DNA from: Lytechinus pictus
Taxonomy: Eukaryota
Direction of reading: 5' to 3'
NCBI RefSeq assembly: GCF_037042905.1
Contig: NC_087251.1
Location: forward strand, 16,060,001-16,124,000
Length of the DNA stretch: 64,000 bases
Shown here: one piece after another, positions 24,838 to 37,293 of the stretch
Position numbering within the stretch: position 1 is the first letter of the stretch
Layout of the letters: every line of letters starts with the position of its first letter
The notes under the pieces: generated by a model
What the model saw: only the letters and a program-made list of their open reading frames with translations
Told to the model about the DNA's origin: nothing
The model's database searches: none
Translations under genes and position numbers: made by a program

Positions 24838-27800
24838 TTACGAGGGAAATTTCACGTTTCAAATACTTCTTGAATGATTCCAAACAGGAAAATACTTTAA
24901 TGCTCTAGTGCACGTGCCAAATGATAAATTTCGGAGGAAAGAGCTTTACCAATGATGTAGCTTGTTGGTTTGTGCATGTGATAGTTGATTTATACAAACT
25001 TTTGTTCAAAGACTTTCTTGAAAAGAAAATAAACAAATGTGGACGGGTTTCTTTTGTTAGTCAAATACAATTGCTCAAGTAAGGTAAAAATTTCCTACAT
25101 AAAGACGTGAACAAAGTGTTCGAAAATAAAAATATTGGCAACATAATCATCATGACAATTATATTCGTGCTGTATAAATTTAAGGGGCTAAAACAATTTT
25201 TGAAATAATATCCTCTTTCTACAAAGAAAATCAGTCTATAATCACCGTGCTTGAAATACAATGTGATAAATACATTCATAAGGCAGTTTTGGGTAGAATG
25301 GAAGAGATCAAAACTGTCAGAGGTGGATATATTGGAGGGATAATTGTCAGTTCGAGGAAAAAGTCAGATGTATAGATTTCAAAGGGAAAACAAATTTCTC
25401 CCCGATAAGAGTCATAATCCAAAAACAAGGCAATTATTCCATTAATTTTCGTGTTCTTTTTTGGGGTCTTTCTTTCTATTTACATTCTGGCTTTTTTGTG
25501 CAAAGTTCTCTCGTGGTTTCTGCTGGTTGGATATAATTTCTCAGTAGATCGGCCAGAAGACGGTATTTTTTGTATGTGTGCATGTGTGTGAGGATATGTA
25601 ATCTTAATATGTGAGCCGACTTTTTAATTTGTACAAAAGTGAAGGACTCTTTTTCGTTGGAAATGACTTGCATTTCATAAGATTAATACAGTCATTACAG
25701 ATCCTGTCGCAGAATATCTTCAAGCAAGGAAGGCGAGATATCCAAATAGTTTGATATGAGAAGAGTTGTTATTTTCTAATTTTGCAACAAACGAGGGTTG
25801 AATATAAATAGGTCAAAATAATCTACGCACAAGAAGGAAAGAGACGCGCCATCGAACATGTAGGTTATACAGTCACCAAACTTACCAATTTCAGGAACCA
25901 TTCTCAAATTTAAAATTAAACACGAGAGTTTAGCTTAGCACAAAATAAAAGTGTTATTTAATGATAATAAGGTTATTTCATCAGCAAAACACAGGCCATT
26001 CCTGTTTGTACAGCTAAATGAGCATGGTGAGTGACTCATTTATGCTGAAAAGAGCAAATAGGTAAAAGTTAAGATTAGAAAATCCGTATTGCATCCAAGT
26101 TGACTAGATTAATCTTTACATGATGTTTTTTAACAGTCTCTCATGTTTTGCGAAAGACTGGCGAGAGATCACTGAAGGATCATTGAGAGGCGTCCATAGA
26201 AAGATTACCCAGAATGGCACTCACAACTAATTCACCAATCAAACTTCGTCATGACTTGTGAACAGCGAATATACATTTATATTTTATATGTATAAGGTAT
26301 AAGTGCCTCTTGCTGATGATAAATTCGAGCATTCACACAGACGAATATATGAACACACTGCAAAACATACTGAGGGACTATAACAAGTCATTTATTATGA
26401 TAAAGATTTGTATCGCAGAGTCTTGACAATAAATTCCTCTTTATTATTCGAAAGATAATTAAGCTACAATACCCAAATATTGATTATAAATTCCAATTTG
26501 ATAAAAAAAATTACTTATTAGACTGGACCACCATGGCAGTGACAACAACGAGAATAACGAAGGTCTCCGGATGCACAACGTTTTGTTACGAGCAAAATAA
26601 AGATATCAAGATCCCAAAGTAGAAATTTGTGATCAATACGAGAAACCAATCAATCGGAATGGTCATAAGGATTCCTCGACAACACCTTTCTCTAAACTGA
26701 GATGACAAAAAAGAGATGTAGTATATACAGTTGATGAACTCGAACATGATTGATTTACATTCCAATCCCCACACCTGGACAGTATCTACGCCCGATGACG
26801 TAAATCTCTTTATTCGAAAAGAAAAGGATTCTGGTCGCAGTCTTTGTACCCCTTACTACCCCATTCCGAAGAGAATAGTCTCGTCACACCTGGACGTGCT
26901 ACTTAAGAACCAACACCGATCAAAGAACGATTGTTATGGGGAAGAGATTTGTAGTCTAAAGACCAACGTTAGGGAGTGGAAGTTTTCACTTCTTGCCGCA
27001 CCATTCCAATTTATTGCCAAACAATAGAGCGGCGGTCACTTCAAAGTGGTATTGGTGTCCAAATTTATTTCTTCTTTTCAACCGATTTCAAAGAGAACGT
27101 AAACCATCCCGGCTTTAAACTGCCTAATTCTGGTCTTGTTTTTACGACGAACCCCTTTCTTGGATGGGGACAATGCCTTAATCCCAACAAGGTAAAATGA
27201 TCCAAGAAGCTTCCACATGCTATGGTTTTTATTTCGTCATCTATTGTCTCGTGCACGATGTGTTTTGAAGAGCAATTCTTAATTTAGAGGTGAATAATGA
27301 GACTCTCAATTGTTGTTTGTAGTCCAGGGGTGTTTGTGAGAAGTGGTTCCAACAAAAGGGGGTCACGCGGGCCGCTTTCTATTTCCATCCATGCGAGAAG
27401 ATACAGTAAAAAGATAGTGGATTAGAGAAGTACTTTGAAAATTGACGGTACTTCTGAATTTGCTTTTACTCCTGTAACTGTAAACAATAACTTTGATTTT
27501 AAAGAATTTTCTCATCCTTGCAAACACTTTTCATAAGTTTGCTTCTAACATCAGGGTCTGAATAAGAAATTGCGAGCACTTTGGGGGTTGAATATTAAAT
27601 AATGTATTAATAGATCATAATTGCCAGCAGTCTCGAAGATCAAAAGGATTTTTAATCTTCATTTAAGTATGTTTATGTATTGCAAGAACGATATGAGAAA
27701 ATTCTATCCCCTAAAAACACTTCAAAGACAATAGTCTAAACAGATTTATAACTTAGAATGTCAAATTTTACAGACATTCATTCACCAGATTAATTATTCA

Positions 27801-28129
27801 TAAACATTGTAAAAAGAATTATGATAAAAAATCAAAGCAAAATTATATTTTATTCCTTGCACTAAATAAACATCAGTATAGCTGAAAAGAGAGCTTCTCT
27901 GTAGTTTTGTCATGTTAAATAGGATAATTCTTGTTGAATAATGGCGCAAGCATGATGCAGAATAAAAGTAAACGGCAATTTGGAATAATCGAATCAAATT
28001 ATTGAAAATAGTCTACCGAAAATCTACTATCAGGGAAGTTTTTAAATACATATTTAACACTTTTGGTGCAATGGGATTTATGAATATCTTACACTCTCTT
28101 TATCCATGCAATATTTTTTCATTTTTATA

Positions 28130-28515
28130 TTTTTCATTTGTCATTTCATTTATTTTATTTTCAACAAAAATATAAACCAAGTAAATATAATCACCAAGGT
28201 CATTAAATCAACTTAAAATAGACATATAAAAAAAATTCAGACAAAGGGATTATGTGACTTATAATTTGCGAAAATGGAGGATCCCACTCGAAGGATCCCT
28301 CCATTTTATCAGAATTTTATTCTATAATGATATTTTGCTTATACATAATACTTTGTTTTGTTTAACTTATGGAAAAATTGCACATGCCTCAATTTAAATT
28401 GTCTGTATAATTTCATTGTAATTATTTCGACCACTTTACTTTGTTCTGTTGAAAATGAAATAAATTTAAATTTAAATTTAAAAAGCAAAGCTTGTATATT
28501 TGTGGGCTCCTCAAA
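28130..28515. mobile_element. Two oppositely oriented short retroposon 3'-end fragments, one apparently inserted in the other
   Basis: Minus-strand tail TCATTTCATTTATTTTATTTTCAACA (~28141) and plus-strand tail TGTTGAAAATGAAATAAATTTAAATTTAAA (~28447). A similar tail, TGTTGAAAATGAAATAAATGAAATGAAAT, is at ~37836. Confidence 0.5.
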
Positions 28516-31500
28516 GTATGACAGAATGGAACAAACTGAACAAAATTATGAAATAACAAACTGAGATAGTGGCAAGGAATGAATATTTTCAACATTCCAG
28601 ATAATGTAAAGCCGTGTTTCCATATCCGTATCTGTTCTAAGAAAATTAAAATGATATTTCAGCATCTTTAAATGTAAGAAGAATGAATTATCTGGCGGGG
28701 TGTATTGGGCATGAAGCTACCCCTTTTGCCCAATATCAACATTCACGACTGCCACTTTGGATTGATTATACTATTTTTTGGGGGGAGGGGGCTTGTCAGA
28801 TTTTCCGAACTTTAAAAATGTAAGAAAGAGGGCTGGTGGAAAATTCAGCTGTTGTTTTTTTTCTTTCTTTTTCTTTCTTGTCACAAACCCGAGAATCTCG
28901 GAAAAACCTTCTTGTGGAAGTTTGCAAGAAAGCGATCATTCTCTCGCAAACCTCCTTCACTCAGTGTCACAATAAAAATGATTTAGAGAGTGACATAACT
29001 ACACAGAATTTGCAGAGATGGTTTCTCTGGTGACGAGTACTTGCATTAAGGGGGTATCTTGCTCAATTTAAGGACCATTTATACATCGCGCTACTTAGGA
29101 AGATAAACGCCTCTGTGAAGAATCAATAAAAGTACACACAGGCGTGCTTCAGCACCAAGCAGACCTCGGGGATCTATCCTTGCAGGCGATGAAAGCGATT
29201 CAGCATCGATCTCTTCCCGCCAAAACCTGCTAAACATTTGGACGATTGCATCCAACATGCGTGCCGCGGAATCCCAAAACACATCCTATGATGGGATGCA
29301 GTTCCTTTCAGCCAAGGAAACCTCGTGTTCAATTTACTTCGAAGATATCGATGAACAGGGATAGACAGAGGAAGAGAAAACTCCCTCCCGCAAAACGTTT
29401 TCTGGCGATAGTTAATCGCGCGATCGCCATTTTTAATCGTCTGCTGCTGGTGCGGCATCACTAACTAGCCTGCAGGGAACGTCTCGGAAGACCTGACCTA
29501 CACAGCATCTTACATCTTGGAGATTGAAGTCAATTTGCCTTGTCGCTCCGCCGGGCACAACGCTTAGCATGACTATAGCAACTGATCTTAGAACTCATTA
29601 AACCCGATGAATATTGTCCAGTATGAAGACGATCATGCAAAAAGTCCAATCATTGAATGAAATTAGATGATTGTGGGATGTAGGATAGTGAGGTCAAGAG
29701 CTAACATTCCATTATCAGTAATTATTCTGTTGTCACTAAGGCAATAGAGCCCCTTAATATCATATCTCAATTCATTCCGATGAAAACATCTGAAGTACAT
29801 ATCACGAGAAAGTGAAATATGAATTGCTAAAATAAAAATTAAAATCGTCTCAAGTGTGTGATGAGATTCTAAACAGGAAAGGTTACTTGTTGGTTAAGAA
29901 GTTGTTGCTGTAATTATGTCGGGTATATATTATGTGCCCCCTTCTCTCTCTCTCTCTCTAACCATGGACCTATTACTCTAACACACATACTTTCCCTCTC
30001 TCTTTCTCTCCTCCCGTTATCTTCCCTACTCTTCTCTCTTTCTGGATTTATCTGTTTCGCTGTTTTTCATTTCACTCACTCTCCGTTTTCTGTTTGCCTT
30101 CCCCCTTTCTTCCTCTCTCTTTCTTTGTCCTTCTCCTAATGTTACTGTCCAAGATGAACGGACGGGGGGGGGGGGGGGTAATCAAAACTATTGATAGCTG
30201 GCTCAGTCTCTTGCAATAAATTTGACCAAGTTTAAGCTTGTTCAACTTAAAGCATACAGACTTCCATTTGAAAAGCAATGAACTTCGGTTTTCGACGTGA
30301 AGGAATAAAATCGAGATTCGATCCATCAAAGAGCGAAGCCTTCGTGTACGTTCAGATTAATTAATGACCATTCTGTTATACCTAATTACGGCCAGTGAAC
30401 CTATGTTGAAAGAGGTGAAATTCATCTTAAATTCATAGAATCAGCAAACAAATCCCTGTTATTGATTTTCACTCTAATTTTCTTTACTTCTCTCTCCTCT
30501 TGTCTCTGAAAAATATTTTTCTTCCTTGCTTTTTTCTCTGTACAAGTCTGCATGTAGAGGTACATTTTCCACCCTTCCCAAATTGAGGTATATATATATA
30601 TATATAGTTATATATATATATGCATATATACATATATATAGCTCCGAGGAACCTTGATTTAAGCTACTACGCCTAACATTGTTCTCTTCATTCATTTCTT
30701 TCACATATTTGAATACAAAAGTTGCCAAAGCTGTTGTACATGAACATGTATAATTTATCACATTTATATATAAACCCCTCAAAAACGTTTGGAAATCTGA
30801 GTTTGACCATTAATTTCTCCCAACTCCCAATTTTACACAATCCATATTTGATATCATTCAAAAGATCATTTAATTTTCTTTAAAGTGACACCATGCTTGT
30901 TATGATCATGCCATTACGAAAAGAATAGGATTCAAAAGTGTTGGATGAGGTCTGAATTGAAGAGCTGCAAAACCAGCAGAAGTAGTCATGAAGGGTCAAT
31001 AAAGTACATGATTCTTTTGTCTGTGTCAACAGAGATAAAAATCCATTCAAATCAAGATCCTGCTTCTTTATTTTTGATGTTTGATTGTGGTTTATGTTGT
31101 GATGGTTCTGTGAGATGACATGGTTTGAGTCGTGGTTTGAAATACCCAACCATGTTTGTTATGTACTTGCTTGTACAGAGGTGTGTTTGATTCCATGTTA
31201 ATGTTGATGTAAATATATATATAATTATAATTATATAATATATATAATTTTACATGCCCATGGTTAATGGCATGTATGTAAGCATGAAAAGGAAGGCCCT
31301 ACATTTATATTCAAAGGCACCAGACCAATACTGTTTTTTTTAACTATTGTCCGAATTTAACAAAATCATAATGGAGGGAATGTATAAAAGCAAAGCGTTT
31401 AATGTGAAGCCCGTTTTAGAAAGAACATAGTGCTTACCCGTTGCATGGAAAGTGGAAAAATGGGGGAAAATTTTGATTCAATGATTTTTTTAAAGATATC

Positions 31501-34500
31501 TAGACATATCTTCTGAAGATTATTACTATCACTAGGATTATTTTTTTACTCTACTTGAATGACTGTATTATATCCATCGGGTCTGATGGATTAATGTAAT
31601 GACAAACTGGCCATATTCTGTTGAAGTATCAAACAAATTTGCGTTTCTCAATCCAGATCAATTTGCCTGTTCAGTCACTTTTATTTTCCTGTGATTTATC
31701 CCTTCCGATTTTATGATTTCAAAAATGTGATCACTAGTCGTGGCTGGATGACTTTTATCACCTTTTCTGCATTGAGTAATAGTCATCCGTTTTCTCGTTA
31801 TTCAATAAATCCAGTCCTGAAAGAAATCTTCCACCAACTAATCCATATTGAAAGTACCGACACTGAAAACTTTTATCTATCTGCAATGAATCTGTTTTAT
31901 TTGCTCGAATACCACCCACTTGTGAGTGAGAGGTATAAACGAGGGGCGATTTATGGTAGCTTCTTGTACAGCACACGAGGCCCCACTCAATCTGTAAATG
32001 GTCAATTAGTAGACGACGCAATAACTTTTGAAGATGTCTGCTGTTAGCATTAATGCTCCATTTATCATTCAAACATCCGTATCCTGTGTGATAGAGTAGG
32101 CTCAAGTACATCTGAAAATAGAATTAATTTGTTAAAACGGACCTCATGCATGTCGTGTGCATTTTTATCTGCATTTTATCTGCATGAAGGTAATGTGCCC
32201 TGCATCCCCCTAAAAACAAGACACCCCTTTACACCCAATTTCACAACAGAACACAACGGACATCAGAGGAACATGTTACCGATTTAAGGCTACATGAGCA
32301 AGTGCCCCCTCCCCGAAAGAAGTCATCATTTAGAAATATCTATAATAAAATAATAATATGTTAATTGTCTCTGTGTTACTTCTCTACTTGTTACATCCAC
32401 TTTCCGTAATTCTGTTCGGTCGCCTTTTTATCTTTTAATTTTAGACAAGTAACAAACCAATCCAAAGTTTCTCCGTCTTACACATTGCTACTCATTAATG
32501 GGTGTGTGTGAGTTTGAATGTGAGAGAGAGAGAGTTGTATGTAAGGTTACGACGTTACGTTGGTGTGTGTGGGGGATGTGTGGGTGGGTGCGCGCTATTC
32601 TGTGCAGGGTGCGTTTGTGAGGATGGATGTGTGTGCGTGTGTGTGTGGCATCGCTTATTTCTCTGTCCCTGCTTCCTCCTGCACGCTTGTATCTCTTCAA
32701 GTATCCTTCCTATACACACCCACACCCACACATTGCGACACACATCAATGTCTCACGCACTTTCTCTTAATCGTTAACCAGCTGCATTTCTATCTGACTA
32801 ATCCCTCATCCCTGAGCTCCCGTACTCCAACACCATCGCTCTTAACAGTTGCCATTTTAACTTCAATTGTGAGACACTCCATCTCATTTTCGGTTGTTCT
32901 TTCTTTCATAATAGACTGCCAAAAATGCAGGCGTTCTCCATGACACTTCTTGAGCACTAATCATCAAGTGAAGCACACCTTTTCTTTCTTCTTCCCTGAG
33001 CCTAGGAGTAGATCAAGGGGGTAGTAGCTCTCCACGGTGATGCTTCAGTTGGTGACGATACCCAGGATTTGCTCAAGAGCTTGCAAAAACACGAGGGACA
33101 GACTCACTTTGGCGGTTTAGATGGGAGGGCGCGCGTGGCTCAGCATACAATCTTCACTTCCTGCCTTGGTGCGTGGCGCGATGTCAATTTGATAGGCGAC
33201 GCCACTGCATGTAAACCAGGTCGTGGAAACTGATAGCAACACGTCTGTGCTTCAACAAAAGAGAGAATGGCATCAACATATTCAGAACATTAGAGAGATG
33301 GAGGCAGGGAAAGAGAGAGGGAACAGGATGAAGACAGAGACTGAGGATGAAGCGAAAATGTATGCGTTAGAATGATGAGGAATCATCACGCCGTACTCGC
33401 TTTTTAGTGATTCAGTGTCGGGATTTTGGCGCTATCAGTTTCCCGCCGATAGTGGATGCGTTCGTGCCTGCTCACAAGACGGGCATGCATCCATCTGCAG
33501 CGAAGCCTGAGCGAAGCTGGGCCGAGGCTCCGGGGCGCGCGCGTGAACCTGCCCCTGCTCGCTTATCAATCGATAACCTGATCGTGTCTCTGTGTACCAA
33601 CACGCAATCATTTTCTGGCGCTCTGACTGTCCGCATTAGCATGCTCGTCTGCTAATCGGTCATTCATACCCATCACTATTTTCATAGCTGGCGGAAGGTG
33701 AGACGCCACTGGTTGACATTAAACGCGCCATCAACCTATGCATCCCATAAGCTAGGGCACGCCAGACTTAAGCAAGCGTGGACTAACGCCGCTCTAATAG
33801 CCCACAAATCACATACTTTCAATCATTTATCTTTCTTTCTCCATGAAAATGGACACAAAAATCGTTATTCTTTTGACTGATGTTGCACTGCCAGCGGTCT
33901 GTCATGCCGATATTCAATACAATAAAGGTATGAGAAATTCGGATCAGGTATCGTATGTTATGCAGTGGCATGTTCTTATTCGGTCAAGAGTCTCTCTTGT
34001 AATACGCAAACTCCTCGTCATCTTGTTTAAGATTACTTCTAAGATATTAAGCAGTGCTACTCACTTTTGTTACAAAATATGTCTGGTAATATCATATCAC
34101 TCATCAAACCTATAACAATATAAAAACAAGAGAGTATAGTTCGAATTAACATCGAATACTGTCAACAGAGGACCTCTGTGTTTGGTTGACCTACAACTAT
34201 AGTAGCACTTACCCAGGACATTCACCTTCTATTGGTCCACAATTGGTAAGAACTCTCTGAGGAACCCTTAACACCTTTCTTGAAGTAAGCCACTTCTGAT
34301 TCGAGAGGGTCTCAGGAGTTACAAAACATCAAATAATATGAAGGACTTTCGACACCGAAGTAAACTTTTATTCATGACGAATATTGCTCTCATTTTTTAA
34401 TGCGTGGAAGTACGAGAAATGGCAACAAGACTTTGGGGATTTCACAACTAATTTGTTTATCAGGCTCCTTAAAATGACTTGTCATAATCCGTGTAATGTG

Positions 34501-35179
34501 ATATAGATTACCGTATAAAGCTGTTATAATTGTATTTTAAATCTTCTAAAATGATTTTGATAACAAAATTAAAGCATTTGTGGACACATCCATTATACTC
34601 AAGAGAGATTAAGCTGCATAATCTCGATTTATCTCCAAGTGATGCTAGATGGACGAGATTTGCTTTTTATGTAAAATTGTATGAGAATCTTCCGGAAGGA
34701 CTTAATACCTGTTTAGCTTTTATTCTAAAATATGCAAATGAATATACCATGATAATATACAAAAATAATCCAGTATCGCTAGCTCGTGTTTGAATGACAC
34801 ATAAAATTCTTCCGAGATTTTGAAATACATTAAATTGCGAGGTTTGGTTTTTGTACAATTTCTAAATCAACACACATCACTATGGATTTTTAGTGTAGTA
34901 ACATAAATATGGTAAAATCTTTTAAGTATCATTTTACGGATTTTGCTCATCTAAAAAATGAAATGATAAATCAGCAATTAAAAGGTTGGAGGAGGGACAA
35001 GCTTTTATATATGTTATATTCAACCTTGTAAAAAGCTGTCTCCAAAAATTTGAATGGATTAAAGGTGGTAAATGCATACTTTAAAAAGGTTTATCACTAT
35101 CCAACCTTTCAATTGCTCATTTAACATTTTAATTTTAGTGTGTGACGACGTAAAAAGGGTTAATGGGTATATAAGTATC

Positions 35180-35874
35180 CAGGGGCGGCGATCCTGGGGG
35201 AGGGGCGGGGGCACAGTGCCCCCAGACACTTTTTGAAGCACTGAAAAGAGTGCCCTTTTTCACGCCCGAAAAATACCCCCTCCACACTTTAACCTAAGGA
35301 TCCGTTTTAGGCGTAACCAAGTGCCCTTTCTCACACCCTTTTCAAATGTTCTGTGACCCTTTCACCTGATAAAGACCCACTTTAGGTGTTAGCAAGTGCC
35401 GTTTCTCGTATCAGGGCCAATTTTTACAAAAATGCCCCCTTACGAACATGTTCTGCGCCCCTTTCATACCTGAGAAAGACCCGTTTAATGTGTAAGCAAG
35501 TGCCTACTTGTCTTCTTGTAAGTGCCTCTTCTCGAATAAGTGCCCTTTTTTACCCAAGAAAAGTGCCCCTCATGAATGTGTTCTGTGCCCTTTTCTACCT
35601 GAGAAGGACCCGTTTATGCCGTTAGCAAGTGTCCCTTTGCCTTCTTCTAGGTGCCCTTTCTCGAGGACCTGAGGACCCGATTTATGTGCCTCTTTGAAAC
35701 AAGAAAAGAATATTCTCATTTCTATATGTTAGGCCTACTACTTACGAAGGAAAAAAAAATTGTAAGAATAATCCTACGAGCCTTAAGTTTCATGATTCAT
35801 GTGAGTATATAGGGAAGATAAGTAGTGGCGAACATATGAGGGGCTTGGGGGCTCTTGCCCCCCCCCCCCCCCCC

Positions 35875-35907
<33 letters not shown>

Positions 35908-36200
35908 AGAAAAAAAAAGAGAATAGGAAAGAGAGAAGGGTGAAATATGATATCATTTTCTGAATATTATGTCAAAATCTATCACAAAATAGATTTTTCG
36001 TTATAAATATGTCAAGATTTGTGCTCGCTCGCCTTTTTAATTTTTTTAAGGTGATACGGCATATTTAGTTTCCTAAAAATTTGTGGCGCATTACGCCACT
36101 GTAGATTTTTTTCGTTTTGTTTTAAGATATTACCCTTTTCGAGAGAAAAGGTTCCCTTTTTTCCCTGTGCCCCCACTTTCATCTTCGCTCCGCAGCACTA
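35180..36200. mobile_element. hAT-like non-autonomous element with internal ~100-bp subrepeats
   Basis: CAGGGGCGGCGA ... TCCGCAGCACTA with TSD TAAGTATC/GAAGTATC. Repeated AAGTGCCCTTT and GACCCGTTT motifs. A probable nested element lies at 35823-36101 (TAGTGGCG...TACGCCACTG). Confidence 0.7.
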
Positions 36201-37084
36201 GAAGTATCTATATGTTTTCTTCTTTTTTTTCTTTAAGAGGACATGGTAATAAGGTTTGAATGGTTTAGTAGTAATTCTAATCTATTACAAATATTTTATC
36301 TGCTTCGGAACATGGTTCTCGCGGTTACAAAACGACAGGAGCTAATCAAATAATTCCACATCCTGATTAGAAAAACAAGTGAAATTGAAAAGGACGACAT
36401 TAAATTGACTTCCTTCTTTTAGTTCGACCTAGCTCGAGTCAGTTTTATTTCTGGAGATTTATTCAGAATATTTCTTCGCAATAAATGCAACATAATCTAA
36501 CATTTCGAAGGATATATCAAAATAAAGACGTCATTAACGCGGGGAACCGACATCTTTGGCGATCATAGACGTCATCAATAAGAAAATCGAAAAAGTTTTA
36601 CAAGCATTATCGTGATTATGCAAAAACTTACATAGTAATAGGGTGTAAATAATGTTGTTGCTTGAACCAAGACATTTTAGCATGACTCAATCTCTTCAAA
36701 TAAACGCGAATCTTCCAACATTATAATTTCTTATATTTTTACTTATACACTTCAATCCATATATAGAACACACACACATTTAAATAAATATATTTTATAT
36801 TAAGGAAAGGACAATTATAAAAATGTGGTTTATTTGTTTATGGTTAAGGGTATATTCCCCTGTGACAGGCCTAAGGAATTACAACAAAATTTCACACTAT
36901 AGGCAGAAATTCATTATATATTTTTGTTCTTATAGGTTATATAAACACACACCCCCACCTATTTATATATGTGGGCATGTGTAAGGGAGTGTATATGTGA
37001 GGGTGTGTGTGTGTGTGTGAGAAATTACACGTACAACAGCTTTGATAACTCTTGTGTTCAAGTATGTTGTAAAAGAAATGAATG

Positions 37085-37217
37085 AAGAGAACAATGGTAG
37101 GCGTAGCTTAATCAAGGTTCCCCATACAGAGCTATCTGCCCTTTAGAAAAATTATGGTAGGTAGATACCAAAGCTATGGGGAACCTTGATTTAAGCTACG
37201 CCTACCATTGTTCTCTT
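37085..37217. repeat. Near-perfect 42-bp inverted repeat, part of a dispersed repeat also found at 30648-30742
   Basis: AAGAGAACAATGGTAGGCGTAGCTTAATCAAGGTTCCCCATA / TATGGGGAACCTTGATTTAAGCTACGCCTACCATTGTTCTCTT, differing by one 1-nt indel. Confidence 0.9.

Positions 37218-37220
<3 letters not shown>

Positions 37221-37287
<67 letters not shown>
37221..37287. repeat. (TA)n microsatellite
   Basis: About 33 perfect AT units. Confidence 0.95.

Positions 37288-37293
<6 letters not shown>

Noticed and set aside
29246..29464. ORF with RKPRVQFTS after a TCCTTTCAG acceptor, resembling a homeodomain N-terminal arm (Msx/NK-like second homeobox gene)
   Set aside because: No L16/F20 helix-1 residues and no WFxNRR helix 3 in any downstream frame; judged coincidental.
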